64,000 nt of DNA from Amoebophrya sp. A120 (lineage: Eukaryota > Protista > Dinoflagellata): NCBI GenBank assembly GCA_905178155.1, contig CAJINV010000009.1, forward strand, positions 2,085,373 to 2,149,372, in the 5' to 3' direction. Position numbers and translations under genes: made by a program. Positions 10,004 to 22,399 of the stretch are shown in pieces. Each line of letters starts with the position of its first letter. The first letter of the stretch is position 1. The notes beneath the pieces were generated by a model. That model made no database searches. It was not told the DNA's origin and worked only from the letters and a program-made list of their open reading frames with translations.

Positions 10004-13000
10004 CTATAATTCCCCACTAACAAAGATGTCTTCAGCCCAGGCCCCGATGCGTTTTTCGCGAATCCAGCGCTCGCAGTCCGCGCGCCAGAAGCTGCGAAAC
10101 TTAGGATGCAAAAACTGCCGAAAGTTGAACACCAGCTGTCGACGCCGGGCTGTATCCGTCTCGTTGTCCACACAAATCGCTGGAAGCAGCAACGTGCGGA
10201 TTTGCTGAATTGTCGCTTTGTACTGCCGAATCGCTGGATGCTGCTCTATTGCCTCGCTCTGGGCCGCTGCTGTGCTCTTGATCGCTGAGCTCATACCAGC
10301 TGAAGCGCCACTATTGTGCTGCGTGTCCGCTGAAATTACGTTTGGTTTCTTGTTCGTTAATGAAATTTGCAGTGCCGGGTTAGCTTTCACGAGTTGCAGG
10401 ATCATGGGAATTTGCTTCCGCAGACCGGGCAAACACTCGGTCGAAAGCTCCTCGAAGTCGTCTTCGTCGAGCACTTGCTTCACCAAATCCATCCACCCTT
10501 GCTTCTCTAACCGGTCGCTCGCACGAATCCTGAGCGCCCTATTGTAAGGGCTCGATGCTGACGGTTGGTGTGCGTGCAAGGCGTCCTGCTCCAAGCCGCC
10601 AGCGGGTCCGGCTGCGGTAACTTCCTTGGTGAGAAATGATCGCTGGTATCCACAGAGAAAAACCCATCCACATCCAATTTGTCATGCAAAACATACATAA
10701 AATTCCGTGCTTGTCAAGCAAAAAATGGATGTGGATGGGTTTTTTTCTCTGGATAGCTGGTGCCGGTCGTCGTGGAGGAGCGGCAGGTGGTTGGCCAACG
10801 AGGATCCGTTGGCGCCGGAATCATAGGACGATGAAAGCTGGCCGTTGCTTCCCGCGATGACGTCTCCGCCCGCGAGCTGTGCGGCGAGAGCTCCGACGTC
10901 AGCCTTCGCTGTACTGCTCGTGGTGCCTCTTCTTGTGGCGTCACTTTGCGGATTGAAGTGCTCGAAGAACGCGTGCACCTCCTTGAACGCCTTCCCGAAC
11001 GAGCCGCGGTACTCGTTACGCGCGTCCGGAAGCCGCAGGGAACCCTGCAACCAGGAGGACAGCTGCGAGTGGTTCGTGTGGTTGCAGAACCGCTTGTCGC
11101 ACAGCAGCACCGCACCGTAGTCGTTCTGGTGCCGGATCACGCGGCCCACGGTCTGGTTGATGGCCCGCAGCGCCTGCTGCGAGTACCACTCCGACGGGTC
11201 GCACAGGTTGGTTTCGCGCAGGAACTGCTGCTTTAGCACCACCCGTTGGTCATAGAGCGACGGAAACGGCAGCCCCACTACCGCGACCAGGCGGCACTGC
11301 CGATCCGTGAAGTCCAGCCCCTCGGTCAGCTTTCCCCGTGCGACGGCGCACAACACCGCGCCCGGCTCGCCCTCCTGGCACAGCGCCACGTACTCCTGCC
11401 ACACTTTGTGCATCTCCGCCTGTTTCCGCGGCTCGCACAGCACCTTTTTCGACTTCTCTATGCGCTGCTTGATGCCATTGTCCGTCCAATTTTTCAAAAT
11501 CTGCTCCATCAGCGAGTAGGACGAGAAGGCCACGAGAAACCCCGCGGGGCACACCTTCGCGAAGTTGGCCAGTCCGCTGCCCAGGTCCTGCAGGTACTGG
11601 GCGTAGTTCTGTGCGTTCTGCCGGTTCTGAAACGTGCCCAGCCATTCGCGGTTTGTGGGGCCCCGCGGGATCACCTGGGCCATCACCTGTGACTGCTTGA
11701 TGACGTGTCGGTTGCTCAGCTCCACATTAAAGGGCACGCCGAGGGATTTTTTCGTCGACGTTAGCGGCGAAAGCGTCCCGGAGGTGATGATGATGGATCG
11801 CACGCCTTGGTCTTGCAAGTCCGTCATGGCGGGCTTTGAGGTGAAGCACCAAAAGAACAATGTGCGCCGGAAGTCGGACTCCTCGCGGTCGCCGGCGACG
11901 TTGTCCAGGTTCCATCCCACGTTGTTGCGCTTGCGTCGCTTGAAATCTGGCTCCGCGGCTCCGTCCTGCGGTGTGGCAGTTCTTACCTGCTCTATGATCT
12001 GCACCCGAAAATGCTCGTCCAGGAGCTTGCGTTTTTCCTCGCGGTACCGCTGCGCTTTCTCCGCCACATCCTGCTCGGAAACCTGAAGCTGCTTCTTCGC
12101 GTTTCGGCTAATGCCAAACGACGCAGCAGCAGGAGCACCGGGACCGAGGACGCCACTCCCCTCGCCCTCGGCGGTGTGCTGCTGGAACGCCTTCTCGGTT
12201 TCGAAGAGGGAACTGAGGATCTTCTGGAACTTCTCCGTGCACTTGGCCGACCGCCCGTGCACGTCCGCGCCGCCAAGCGACTTTGCCATGGCGATGATCG
12301 AGATCACCTTGTCGCAGGCGTCCTTGAGCGCTTTGTACTCTACGACGGTGATGCCGGCGGCCTCGAACAGGTCCAAGATCGCCGCCCCCTTGGGGTAAAG
12401 CCGCTCCCGGTAGCCGACGTTGTTCAGTTCCTCGCCTTCCTGCCCGCGAATCGTGCCGATTTTCACGGTCGTGTTGTTGTTCGCGTCGCGCTCCGGCATG
12501 TCGATCTCGCACAGGACCTTCTCCAGGCTGACCACCTTCTGCTTCAACAATCCCAGCAGCATCAGCATCTCTTCCTTCGCGATCTTCCCCGCCGTCGCGC
12601 CCTCCGTGTCCGCGTCCTCCGGGTGGTGCACCAGGTGCCGGGCACCGCCCTCTTCCACGTCGCCGACGCAATCCAGGATCTCCGACTCGACGAAGGCAAT
12701 GTCACGGTGCGACAGCTCGAAGCCCTGCGTGGCCTCGCAGATGGAGTCGATGTTGTGGCCCTCATCAAAAATAACGATGGCATTCCGCAGAGAAATGCCC
12801 AGTGCATTTCGCGCGACCGGGTCCAGCACGTAATTGTACGGACACATCAGCAACACCGCTTCCTTCGCGTCCTCGCGAGACTTGAAGAACGGACAAACAA
12901 GGTATGAAAACGAAAATACGACGAGATCTCGTGCGGAGAATGACAAAATAAAGTATTGCATCGCTTTGCTTTCTGGTTAAATATTACAAGACCTTCTACA

Positions 13001-13896
13001 TCTAATACCTCAACAACCTAACACGTCGATGTCTGCTGACGACGCAATAAAACCATTGATCCTTTTGAAAAGCAAAAGTGAAAGTCGTCGTGGTCGGAAT
13101 CTTCATCACACCCTTAAACTTACTTCTCGACTTTTTCTTCGTTTCTTAAGTAGTTGTCGCGGCAAACCTTCTGCAATTCCTCGATGTCCAGCAGAGAAGT
13201 GTCGCCTAGAACAGCCTGGTACCGCTTGGTGAACACCGACATGTAGTAGCTGCAAGTGCCGCCCGCACTACTTGGTGCAGCGCTGGCGCTGCCGAGATTT
13301 GAAATCGAGTAGGAAGGGCCCGCGTTCTGCTGCTTCTTGTTGTGTCGCGTGTTGGCGCAGAACTGTCCGCACATCGCGGACTGCTTCATGCCCTTTTGTT
13401 TGCTGACCAGCGGGTGCACGCAGAGCTGTTCCCGCCCCGCGATGACGGCGGCGCGCGGTCGGTACCCGGTCTTTTTCAGCTCCTTGGTGACCTGCTTGAG
13501 CTGGCTGTGCGTGCGGGAGGTGTAGAAAATCCGCGGGAGGGTGTCCTGCAGGTCTTTTGCGGCCGCGTCGTCCGTCCACGCGTGGTAAGCTTTGTCTTCT
13601 TGCTGCCTCGTCGCAATCTTGCTGGCGTTTCGCTCCGCGTACCCGTCACGCCAGGCCAAGACGGCGCAAAGCAGACACAACGTTTTCCCGGTGCCGGTAG
13701 GCGACTCAAGCAGCGCATTCTGCCGGTTTTCGCACGCTTGCACCACTTTCCGCATGTACTCCTCCTGGCAGTCATACGCCGGAAACGGAAAATGGACCAG
13801 CACATTCGAACCGCAATTCACCTGCTGGCCCTGCTGTTGCTGGTATGTGTCACCCATTGGAAGAGAAGACGTAACTCCTGGCGCCGTAAGAAACAT
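10004..13896 (-). CDS. RTEL1: Regulator of telomere elongation helicase 1 (XPD-family Fe-S helicase). Exons approx. 13896-13150, 12901-10756, 10641-10004
   Basis: Q motif FPFPAYDCQ, Walker [19 protein letters not shown], Fe-S cysteines (REQLC, CSYY, CPFF), [21 protein letters not shown] and [10 protein letters not shown]. The last exon has a harmonin-like motif ([17 protein letters not shown]) typical of RTEL1. Confidence 0.88.
10647..10755. mobile_element. Introner-like non-canonical intron / MITE in RTEL1
   Basis: About 33-bp inverted repeats (TATCCACAGAGAAAAACCCATCCACATCCA... / ...TGGATGTGGATGGGTTTTTTTCTCTGGATA) flanked by GCTGG at 10642-10646 and 10756-10760. It contains an in-frame stop, and removing 114 nt joins the two RTEL1 ORFs in frame. 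Confidence 0.88.
12902..13149 (-). other. Non-canonical intron in RTEL1 with a decayed terminal inverted repeat
   Basis: The conserved DIEEL...VCPFF motif is split here. TAC occurs at both junctions and the ends are partially complementary (AAACGAA...CGAGA). Confidence 0.6.
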
Positions 13897-14835
13897 TTAT
13901 TTATTGAGTCTGCTATTTCCTGTGGGATTGTGATGATTTTACTATTTCGACTCCGACGACACAAACTATCATATCGATGAAAATAGGATGATTAAACTCA
14001 AAAATTGGAGCGCCGGCAGGAGGCTACGAACCGGTGGCCGTGCAAGACGAGAATCAATACGGCAGACGGGCAACATCAGAAGCTTGCTCAATCTTATGCA
14101 CAGCAGTGTGGTCGGGGTCGACGTTTAGTCATTGAAGCGTTTTCTTTGACATTCGCGTTCTCTTTACGCACCTTTCTCTGCTCGCTGCATGCACAAGGAA
14201 GCGCATTCACATTCCGACCTCGCTGATTTCAAGTTTGGCGCAGCACTACACTCCTCACTGATCACGTTCGAGGTGGACAACACCGGTAATAGCAATACCA
14301 AGCACGCAGTAATGCTTTTGCCTCTGTAGCGGAGAGCGCACATCAACAGCTTTGTTTTATTTTCATTTCTAATTGTACATGCGCTTGCGCACAGCCTGAC
14401 TCTGCCAGCAGAGTGCTACCAAACATACGCTTAGAGCACCGTCAAGAAGCAGGTCGTTAAAAGTTCATTGCTATTTGATTCGGACCATTCTCGAACACGA
14501 TGTTGTCGCAGCGTGTCATAGGATATGATACAGTGAGAAGATAGTGATACAATACCAATGAAACTATATTGTGTTTGTGTGTAATTGTAAATTAGTGAAG
14601 TGCAACAGTCTCAATCCCTGTCCACCAGGGCCGCGCATCAGTTGTGACAGAAGTGAGTGGCTATTTGAAACAGTAGTAGCACGTGTAGGTTTAGATACAT
14701 TTGGATTTGTTCCGCGGGTGGTACTTCTACAAGTATCAGCTTCGGCAGAATCTGAAAAATGTATGAGCAGCGTCCAAGAACGAGCAATGATTCATCTCCA
14801 CTTCTTGTTTCTACAACTTCAACTTCGTCTTCTAG

Positions 14836-16020
14836 TTACATTTCGTGTGGTGCAGCTTTGTTTTGAAATCCCTGCTCAAACACTCGCCCCGTAAAGGCGC
14901 GGTCGAGTTGTGCCTGTTTCTCGTTTGCGAGCTGCTCGAAGCACCGCTCCTGGTTGCGGTGCAGAATCGACAGGTTTCCATCGGGCGTCGGTCTCTCCAG
15001 GCTCACCATACTCCCGGGCGGAAACGGTTGGTAAATACCCGGGTTGCCTTTCGGACCCGGCTCCTTGGTGCAGCCAATCCAGTTCGCCGACGCTCGTGGT
15101 TGGGCGTATGCAGCGGAAAATTCCCTTCTTGGGCCATGCTGCGCTTGGATCAAATTTCAAGTTGCGCACCACAAGAAACTGACATTGAAATTGATCTGTT
15201 CGAGGAGTTGGACGTAAATCATTCCTGTTTATGATACGCCTTTTCTAAGCTTATCGCTTCTCTTTCTGTTCCTACAGATACCTTCCACTGCAAAGTGCTG
15301 CAAGCACTGATGTAACTACACATGCATTCTCATCAGAAAGTAGAAACAGAAAGCAAAAATAGTACACTGCATGACATCAAACCCAAGGCCAAAAACAACC
15401 AGTAGGTATGTCAACGATGACAAGAATCAATCATAATGTGCGCACAAGGCGCCTTTTGGGTTTTCCATTTTTCATACGGGATCCACGGTCTTCAAGTATT
15501 CTTGCATCTGTGTTGAATTGATGTTGATATGTAATTTCGAATGTTCATGTTGTAGTGTGTGAGTGTGACATGAAAATCAATGATTTTGCGCTGTCTTTTC
15601 CTTCAGGTGCAGTTGCAAAGCAGGGTGCACAGCAAGAACTAGAACTAGTCCGCGAATCAGCTCAAAAAAAAAGAAAACGAAACTCGAACACGAGCAACAC
15701 CTGAAACAGAAACTCAATGTGTAGTTTTGTACCTTGTATTCGTACAGTCCCTTCATGTAGGTTTGCGCATCCCTGGAAGGATTGGACGGTGGCTTTTCTA
15801 CGGGTGCTGGCTTCGGCCGTACGAGGTGCGGGTTCCCCCTTGGCCCTGGAAGTTTCGAAGCGCCGTAGGCACTCCGGGATTCGTACCAGTGCTGTTCCAT
15901 TGCCCCACTTTGGTTGGCCCGGAAGTGCGAGCTCTGCTGTGCATCGGAGCTGTAGTAGGTGTTCTGCAGAGACGTGTCCAGATTGTCCTTCGGCGTACGT
16001 CCAGACGCCGAACTCTCCAT
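14836..16020 (-). CDS. Hypothetical multi-exon protein with a repeated PGP[RK]GNP motif; exon structure only partly resolved
   Basis: Exon ending YK|GTAC near 15733, a mini-exon CAG|MQEYLKTVDP|GT near 15507-15478, and ORF 15153-14836 carrying a second copy of the motif. Confidence 0.5.
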
Positions 16021-16977
16021 CTTTGTCTTTCTGCCGATTGTACTCTCTTCCTCCAACTACAAATTTTTCGAAAAGCTAATCGGAAAAAAACTGACAGAGT
16101 TCAGAGAACCAAGAACTGCCCAATTAAACAGTATATCGGTTGAACCTGCTTTGCTTAGTGAAGTGTTTTTTGCATTATAGATGGCAGCATGAAGTACATC
16201 ATCATACCCAGCTGATTGCGTTCTTCCAGGATGAAGCGTATAGCTATAGCGCGTCAGTATCGCGTTGGCGACGTTCCGCCGATGTGATAAAAATGAAATG
16301 CTTGTGGACCTCACGACCGGTCAATGACGGTGCTAGGACATACAGAATCCAATTGATTCTGAAGTACCGAGGAACAAGAGTCTTCGTATGCTTTCTTGTG
16401 ACAATGCAACGACCCAGTACCTGACGACGCACGATTTCATTCTACTTTGCACTTTTACTTGTCGAGCTTGACGATATTAAATCTAGGCTAAAGAATAGGT
16501 ACTTCGGCAGCTTCCTTTTTCCCAACAATGACTCAAGGCTAATCCCCGGAGAACGAATTACCATCTCAACCGACGGGCCTAGTTGTGAGCTTAACAGAGG
16601 TACAACCAAGACCGACCAGGTACATAGAAGAAGCGGGACGAGACGACAAGCGTCAACTGCGATAGTACCAGGCGAGCTACGAACCTATACCACTATCTAT
16701 GGATGCAGCAATTTTGGAATAAGAAACAAACGAGAGCAGGTGATTACCGATGAGATTCATCTTGCATGAACCTTCAACACGGTAACGACCCGCCACCCCC
16801 CCCAGGATTTGCGTTGACGACTGAACTCCTGCGATCGACACACAGAATGATGTTTTTTGCAGCTAGACTGCTACTCACAGTTCCAACTGCCGCACGTCGC
16901 TCGTCTACCAGTTGTGTGCCATGCGGACGACAACTGCAGCCCATCCTCTCAATAGCACAGACACACAGATGAAGACT

Positions 16978-18340
16978 TCAATATGCGAATGTTGTGGTTT
17001 CTAGTGTGCTTCCTGTTGGATCAGTTCCTGCCCTAGGCCGTCGGGCCGCTGGAGATACAAGGTCGTGATCTAGTACTCTGTTACTCCTTGTACTACTGCC
17101 AGCACCTCCAAAATCCGCGTCGTTGAAAAATAAAGAGCCACCTTTTCCACCTCCACCCGCCACCGTGGTGCTTTCCAGGAACCTTTTCTGCAGGAGCATC
17201 TCGCCGGTGATGTCACCCTCTTGAAAAACGCCGACCGGAGTTTTAAGCGACGATCGAGCTCCAGCTGCACCGGTCCCGCTGGTCGAAGTTGCGGCGGACA
17301 TCACCCCTTTGTAGTTGCTTGCTGCACTGCCATTTTGTACGTTTTTTCCGTTTTTGAATCCGTCCAGCATGCCGCCCGGCGCTTCATTTGCGGCGGCGGA
17401 CTGCTCGGCCTCATTCTGGAAGCGGACCTTGGAGGCGGTTCTGCTTTGGCCAGTCTGCGTCGGACTGGCTCCTTCGGCCGTGTACTCCTCGTCTGGGACC
17501 TCCCGAAAAAACACGTGCTTGTTTTCTTCATACACGTGCTTAAGCGAGGGTTGCGTCCGGAGCAACGTCTCGAGTATCTTTACCCTGGTCTCCGCGATCC
17601 GACGGCGCAACAGAGCAGGAAGCTCGTCGTATCGTAGCATCACTTTGGTCTCCGCAAGCGTGAACCTGATTTACATTTGTAGCGAAGCAGTTTCAAAAGA
17701 GAAGATACACCCTGACAGAGTATCGCTTCCACAAATGAGAGCGCCAAGGCAAAGTAGTGGATGAAGAGATGCTGCCGTTTGTAGTATCACATCAGCGTAT
17801 CAAGCACATGAGAAACTAATATAAACCCAAACGCAACATGTACATTATTCTACATGGTGAACTTGATTTTAGAAGTTATGCAACTTACTCTGCGTAGGCT
17901 TCAAGCACCACGGGCGGAACGCGCTGTTCGGGCTTCATGACGTAGAGCGCGTCCAGCAGTGGTTTGACGCTACCGCGCTTCATCAGGCCGAGTTTGATCT
18001 TCTGCAGCACCAGGTCCATACCGTAGTCCTGCGCGATTTCGCAGGTCTCGAAGAGCACGTCCGCGTTGGGCGCGACCTGCTGGCTGTAGATGGTGTCTAG
18101 GAGGGCGATCGCGGCTTTCACCGATCGGTTGTTCTTGATCACCAACATCTTCCCGAAAAACGCGTCGGGATGCAGCACCTGGTCCTGGATGTCTTTCGAG
18201 TACGCCGCGCACTTGGAGCTGTGCACGTACAACTTCGTGCCGTGCGTGACCAGGATCATGTCCGGCGTGCCGTACCGCAACAGCTCCGGGTCCTTCATGT
18301 CCCTGTAGTTCGGCGACCGAATCGTCGCCGAGGATCGCAT
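16978..18340 (-). CDS. BTB/POZ-domain protein. Exons 18340-17889 and 17665-16978
   Basis: PDMILVTHGTKLYVHSSKCAAYS...ALLDTIYS...EIAQDYGM follows the BTB pattern. A GTAAGT...TCAG intron joins the two ORFs in frame. Confidence 0.75.
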
Positions 18341-18675
18341 CTTCTACGTAACTTCTGCTCGATTTATCAGTGCACTCACCAACGTTGTTCGCGAGTCCTC
18401 TCTTCAAAATCAAAGGGTAACTTCGAAGTCTGCCGGTCGTCAGAGGCGCACACAAGCGCGCTGATGAATGTACTTATATGCGAGTGCGTCGACAAAAACA
18501 TCCGAAGGCAAACAAGCCTAAAACGCCGGAGAGGATCTGCATCCCGCTAATGCACTATTCGTCTTACTTGTGCTATCCAATCCGATCATCGCTCTTAAAA
18601 TTTGAGTATATTACACTCTGGTGCTCTTCGTCCCGCAGCCCTGGCTCTGTTTGCTTCTTGCCTACAAAAGTAAAC

Positions 18676-18730
18676 CAACGATCAACAACGAGAAAACACG
18701 ATGGGCAACAACGATCAACAACGAGAAAAC
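18676..18730 (+). repeat. 22-bp perfect direct repeat CAACGATCAACAACGAGAAAAC, two copies
   Basis: Copies at 18676-18697 and 18709-18730. Confidence 0.85.
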
Positions 18731-20552
18731 CCCCACGATTAAAGGGGTCGTATAATTCTGGATATCGCGACTCGATCAACATCTGGAGACTGACTACAAA
18801 ATTACTGCGACATGACCACAGGGTGCTGCTGTACCCAACCTCTCAAGACCTCTCAAGCGACAACATGAGCCGTCGCGCAATCGTTCGTTCACCAACTACT
18901 CATGAAGAGCAACGTCGGGCGTACTACAACTAAGCGAACGCGGTCGTGTCGGCCATCTAGTTTCGCCTGGTCGTCCCAATGGTGATCGTGGTCTGTTGAA
19001 AACCCGAAAAAAACAGTGCATTGTGAAAAATCAAGGTCGAGGGGTGAGTCAGGTGGAAACCGCGTGTTTCTTGCTAGTACAGCAACTTCTTTCAGATTTA
19101 CAACCATGCTGCACAAGTTAGTAACGTTGTCGTCGTTGCTCGTCCTTCACCTCTGAGTGGAGGTTCTACAGAAGCGTTTCCGGAGTCATCATGTGAGTGC
19201 AACCACTCGAAGACAAATGCAAATCGACGACGCGCAGGCACGAATTGCAATTGCAAATCACAAGAAGGTCCTGCAGAATCAGAAACGAGATTTTATCTTC
19301 TATTTATCATACAGTTTTATTTCGGTAAGTCTAACAAGTTCCACATGAAATATCGATATTGGCAATGCGACTTACACCTAGAACTAGTGCGCACTAAATA
19401 AAAATGGTTTGCGAAAAAAGTTCACATCGACAAGAAGGCTAAAAAAAAGTAAATTTAGGCAGAGCCTGAGGCAGGTAAGAGGTGCGTAAAAGTATGCGGA
19501 TGGTGTTTGAATCCCTCATATATTATGGCCACGCACTACGCGGAGAGCGGAGAAGTTAGTCTGAAACTGGTGAGAGAAGAGTTGTCATTTAAAATCTTTG
19601 TTCTCGACGGTGTCATTGTGGCTATTCCAATTCGTATTCGTTTGAGTTTCCAAAAGTATGTAAAATAAACCTGTACATGTACTAGTGCAGCTCTTGTAGT
19701 TGACAAGTGCCATCATTCTTCACAGAAAAATGATGAAAAAAGGAGAAAGAATTGATAAAAACGAAGCAAACCACTTTTGCACGAGCAGCAGCTCCTTGAA
19801 AAAAGTTCGCTGTATATAAAAAAGTTGATAAGTTAGTAAGTTTCTAGGAAAGCGAAAGGGTCGTCTGCAAATGCAATTACTAATCGCATAAGAAACGGCG
19901 CTTCCGTTTACAACTTGTGCATTAAAAAATCATACATGAAGGCGAGAGTGTAGCTGTCTCTGTACACAAGAGACTGGAGGCAATGGTAGCATCACCATCA
20001 CTCGGCCTACTACTTCTCGAAAAATCGAAATGAACGGAAATAGGAAGCTCGTGATAAAACTATCAGAGAGCTTTGTTCTCTAGTATTGGAGTAGACTCTG
20101 TCTAAGTAGCCGATGTTCATAACATTGAGATGTGATAGCTGCGATAAAATCGTAAACGCAGAATGATAAAGAAACACTCGTCGCACTTTGGTGTTAAATC
20201 GTTTGGAAAAAAGCAGCATCAACGAAGCTAGCAAGACATTTGTTGTCACTTTTGTAAAAAAATCAGATCTAGGTCGAGGCAAAGCATGATTTCATTTCTC
20301 TCGTCAACGCGATTAAGGTATAAACTGAAACTGTATTCTCAAACGAAGAAAAAGATAAACTGAAACTACAACTAGCAGCAAACGCTAGTGAAACTTATTG
20401 TTATTGTTCGCTGCAACTATATCTGTGACATTGATTCAGAAAGCTTAAGCTTGAAGATTGTTGCTATGCATTTGCGAAAAATGTTGAAAATCGTCTGCTG
20501 AAATTACTCTTGCGATTTTCAACCTGCTTTCTGCAACTCCTCATCCAAAATG

Positions 20553-22249
20553 TCACTCCATTTCATCGCTGCAGTTCGGACCGGCCGAGGATGCCGGCTG
20601 TTGATCCGAGGATGATTCGCTGTGCATTTTCTTCTTAACGACACGGCTGGCGTCCTCTGTACTGCCTGACTCCACATCCGCGCTAACATCATGGCCAACA
20701 CTGGTGTCCCTCGCCACCGTCCGACCTCCGTGCCGGGTGTGCGCTTGCGCAAATTTGAGCACGTAGGCGATGACATTTTCGAGCTGCTGCAGGTACCTTT
20801 CTTCCTGCGACTGCTTGTATCTGGGCGCATGCTGGACCAACAGCTGCGGCTCGGGTCGGTACTTCTCATAGAGTGCCGAAGACAGGCGGAAAGAGCTCCG
20901 GCCGATCGAAACTACATGATTCTGGTGGCTGCTGTTCGGCATCTTCTTCTGCAACGCCGGGTTGTAGAGCAAGGGTTTCTTGTTCATCACAGTCGGCACG
21001 GTGATAGCGGACCCATCATTTGTCGACGAGCTGTGCTGCGTAGGCTGAGGGGATGCTGCGCCACTCGCAAAGGTGGGCTTCGGCTTTGACTTCGTCATCA
21101 CGACGGGGCGGTTCAGCACTGAGGAGAGAGTCGGTTCCGACAATCCTTGATTTATTCCGTGCTGCTGAAACTGGCCCTGCAGTCCACCGGCCACTGCAGC
21201 AGCCCTCCCCGAGGGAGAACTGATGTTGTTGAAAAGGTTGGTGCCCACGGGGCGGACGGCCGCGGTCACCATGTCAACGTCTGAGTGCCCACTGACCTGG
21301 TGCTGGTCCACTGCAGTACTTCCGGTCGTGATTACACGGTTTATTGCGTTACTAGAAGATGTAGAAGCACTTGTCCTCGCCACTGGGATTTTGTTGAAAA
21401 ACGTGTGCGCATTCGTGACATGGCCGTACCATGCAACATCCCAGGAGTCGTCATTTTGTTGCACTATTTGTTCTTCTTCTGCGGGAACCGCCGCACCAGC
21501 ATCGTTCTGCGGATCCTCGTGCTGCCGGCAATTTTCCGCCTCGTCGTAGTTCAACAAAATCCTGCGCTCTTGATTCGCCTGCAAAAATCCTTCGTCGCTT
21601 TCTCCTTGCTGGGATTGATTGAAGATTTCCTGGTCCTCCACCCTACCCGCGGGCGCCGCTGCCGCTCCTGCACCAGCACCGTACCGGTTTTGCATGATTT
21701 GGCTCATGTTTGCGTGGTCCACATCCAGATCGACTTCCTTCGTGTGGTCGATGGTGAAATTGTGCGGCTGATGCTGCAACAGCTCATCAGTCAACACGAT
21801 GTCGCCATCCAACTCCATCGGCACCGGCCCACGCTGCGGACCGACCACGGCCTGCATGTCGGGGTTCGGAATGCCCGCGAGAGTCCAAAACTCATCCTCG
21901 GAGATGCCCATCTGTAGTTTTGTTAGGTGCGATGCATGGGGTTTTTTGTGGTTTGCTCGGTTCTTGTTTGTGACAAACTGGCATGAATCATGCAGCGAAG
22001 ATGTGATAAGCCGCGAGTACATGATCCTCAACAAAGAAGTAGAACCTTTGCAATGTTATGATGTAAAAATTGCAACAATTTTTATCAAGTTCGCTTATAC
22101 ATTGCGGCAAACTTCGTTGATGTCCATGAATGTTCCGGTGGTGGAGCTAGTCGCGGCAAACTCCGGACTCTGGTCATCGGTGGAGGTTTCCGAACACGGG
22201 ATTAACTCGGTCGAAGCCGTTCCGCACCGGTCCAGTTGCTTCAGCGTTT
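20553..22249 (-). CDS. Hypothetical low-complexity coding region (exons 22249-22101, 21911-20553); may be the 3' part of the FtsJ gene
   Basis: 452-codon ORF from MGISEDEFW preceded by CTAAC...CTACAG. The upstream exon ends AAT|GTATAA in matching phase. Confidence 0.65.
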
Positions 22250-22399
22250 CTGTTTGTTTTTTTTTCTAGCTTTTCCAAGGACAAGAAAACGCCTGACGTC
22301 GTCATGCGTTAAATTATGCTCATCAAAGATTGGCATGGACAAGATCATGACTCATACATCCACGTCGTTGATGTCGATGGGGCCGCAATGTCCTCGACG

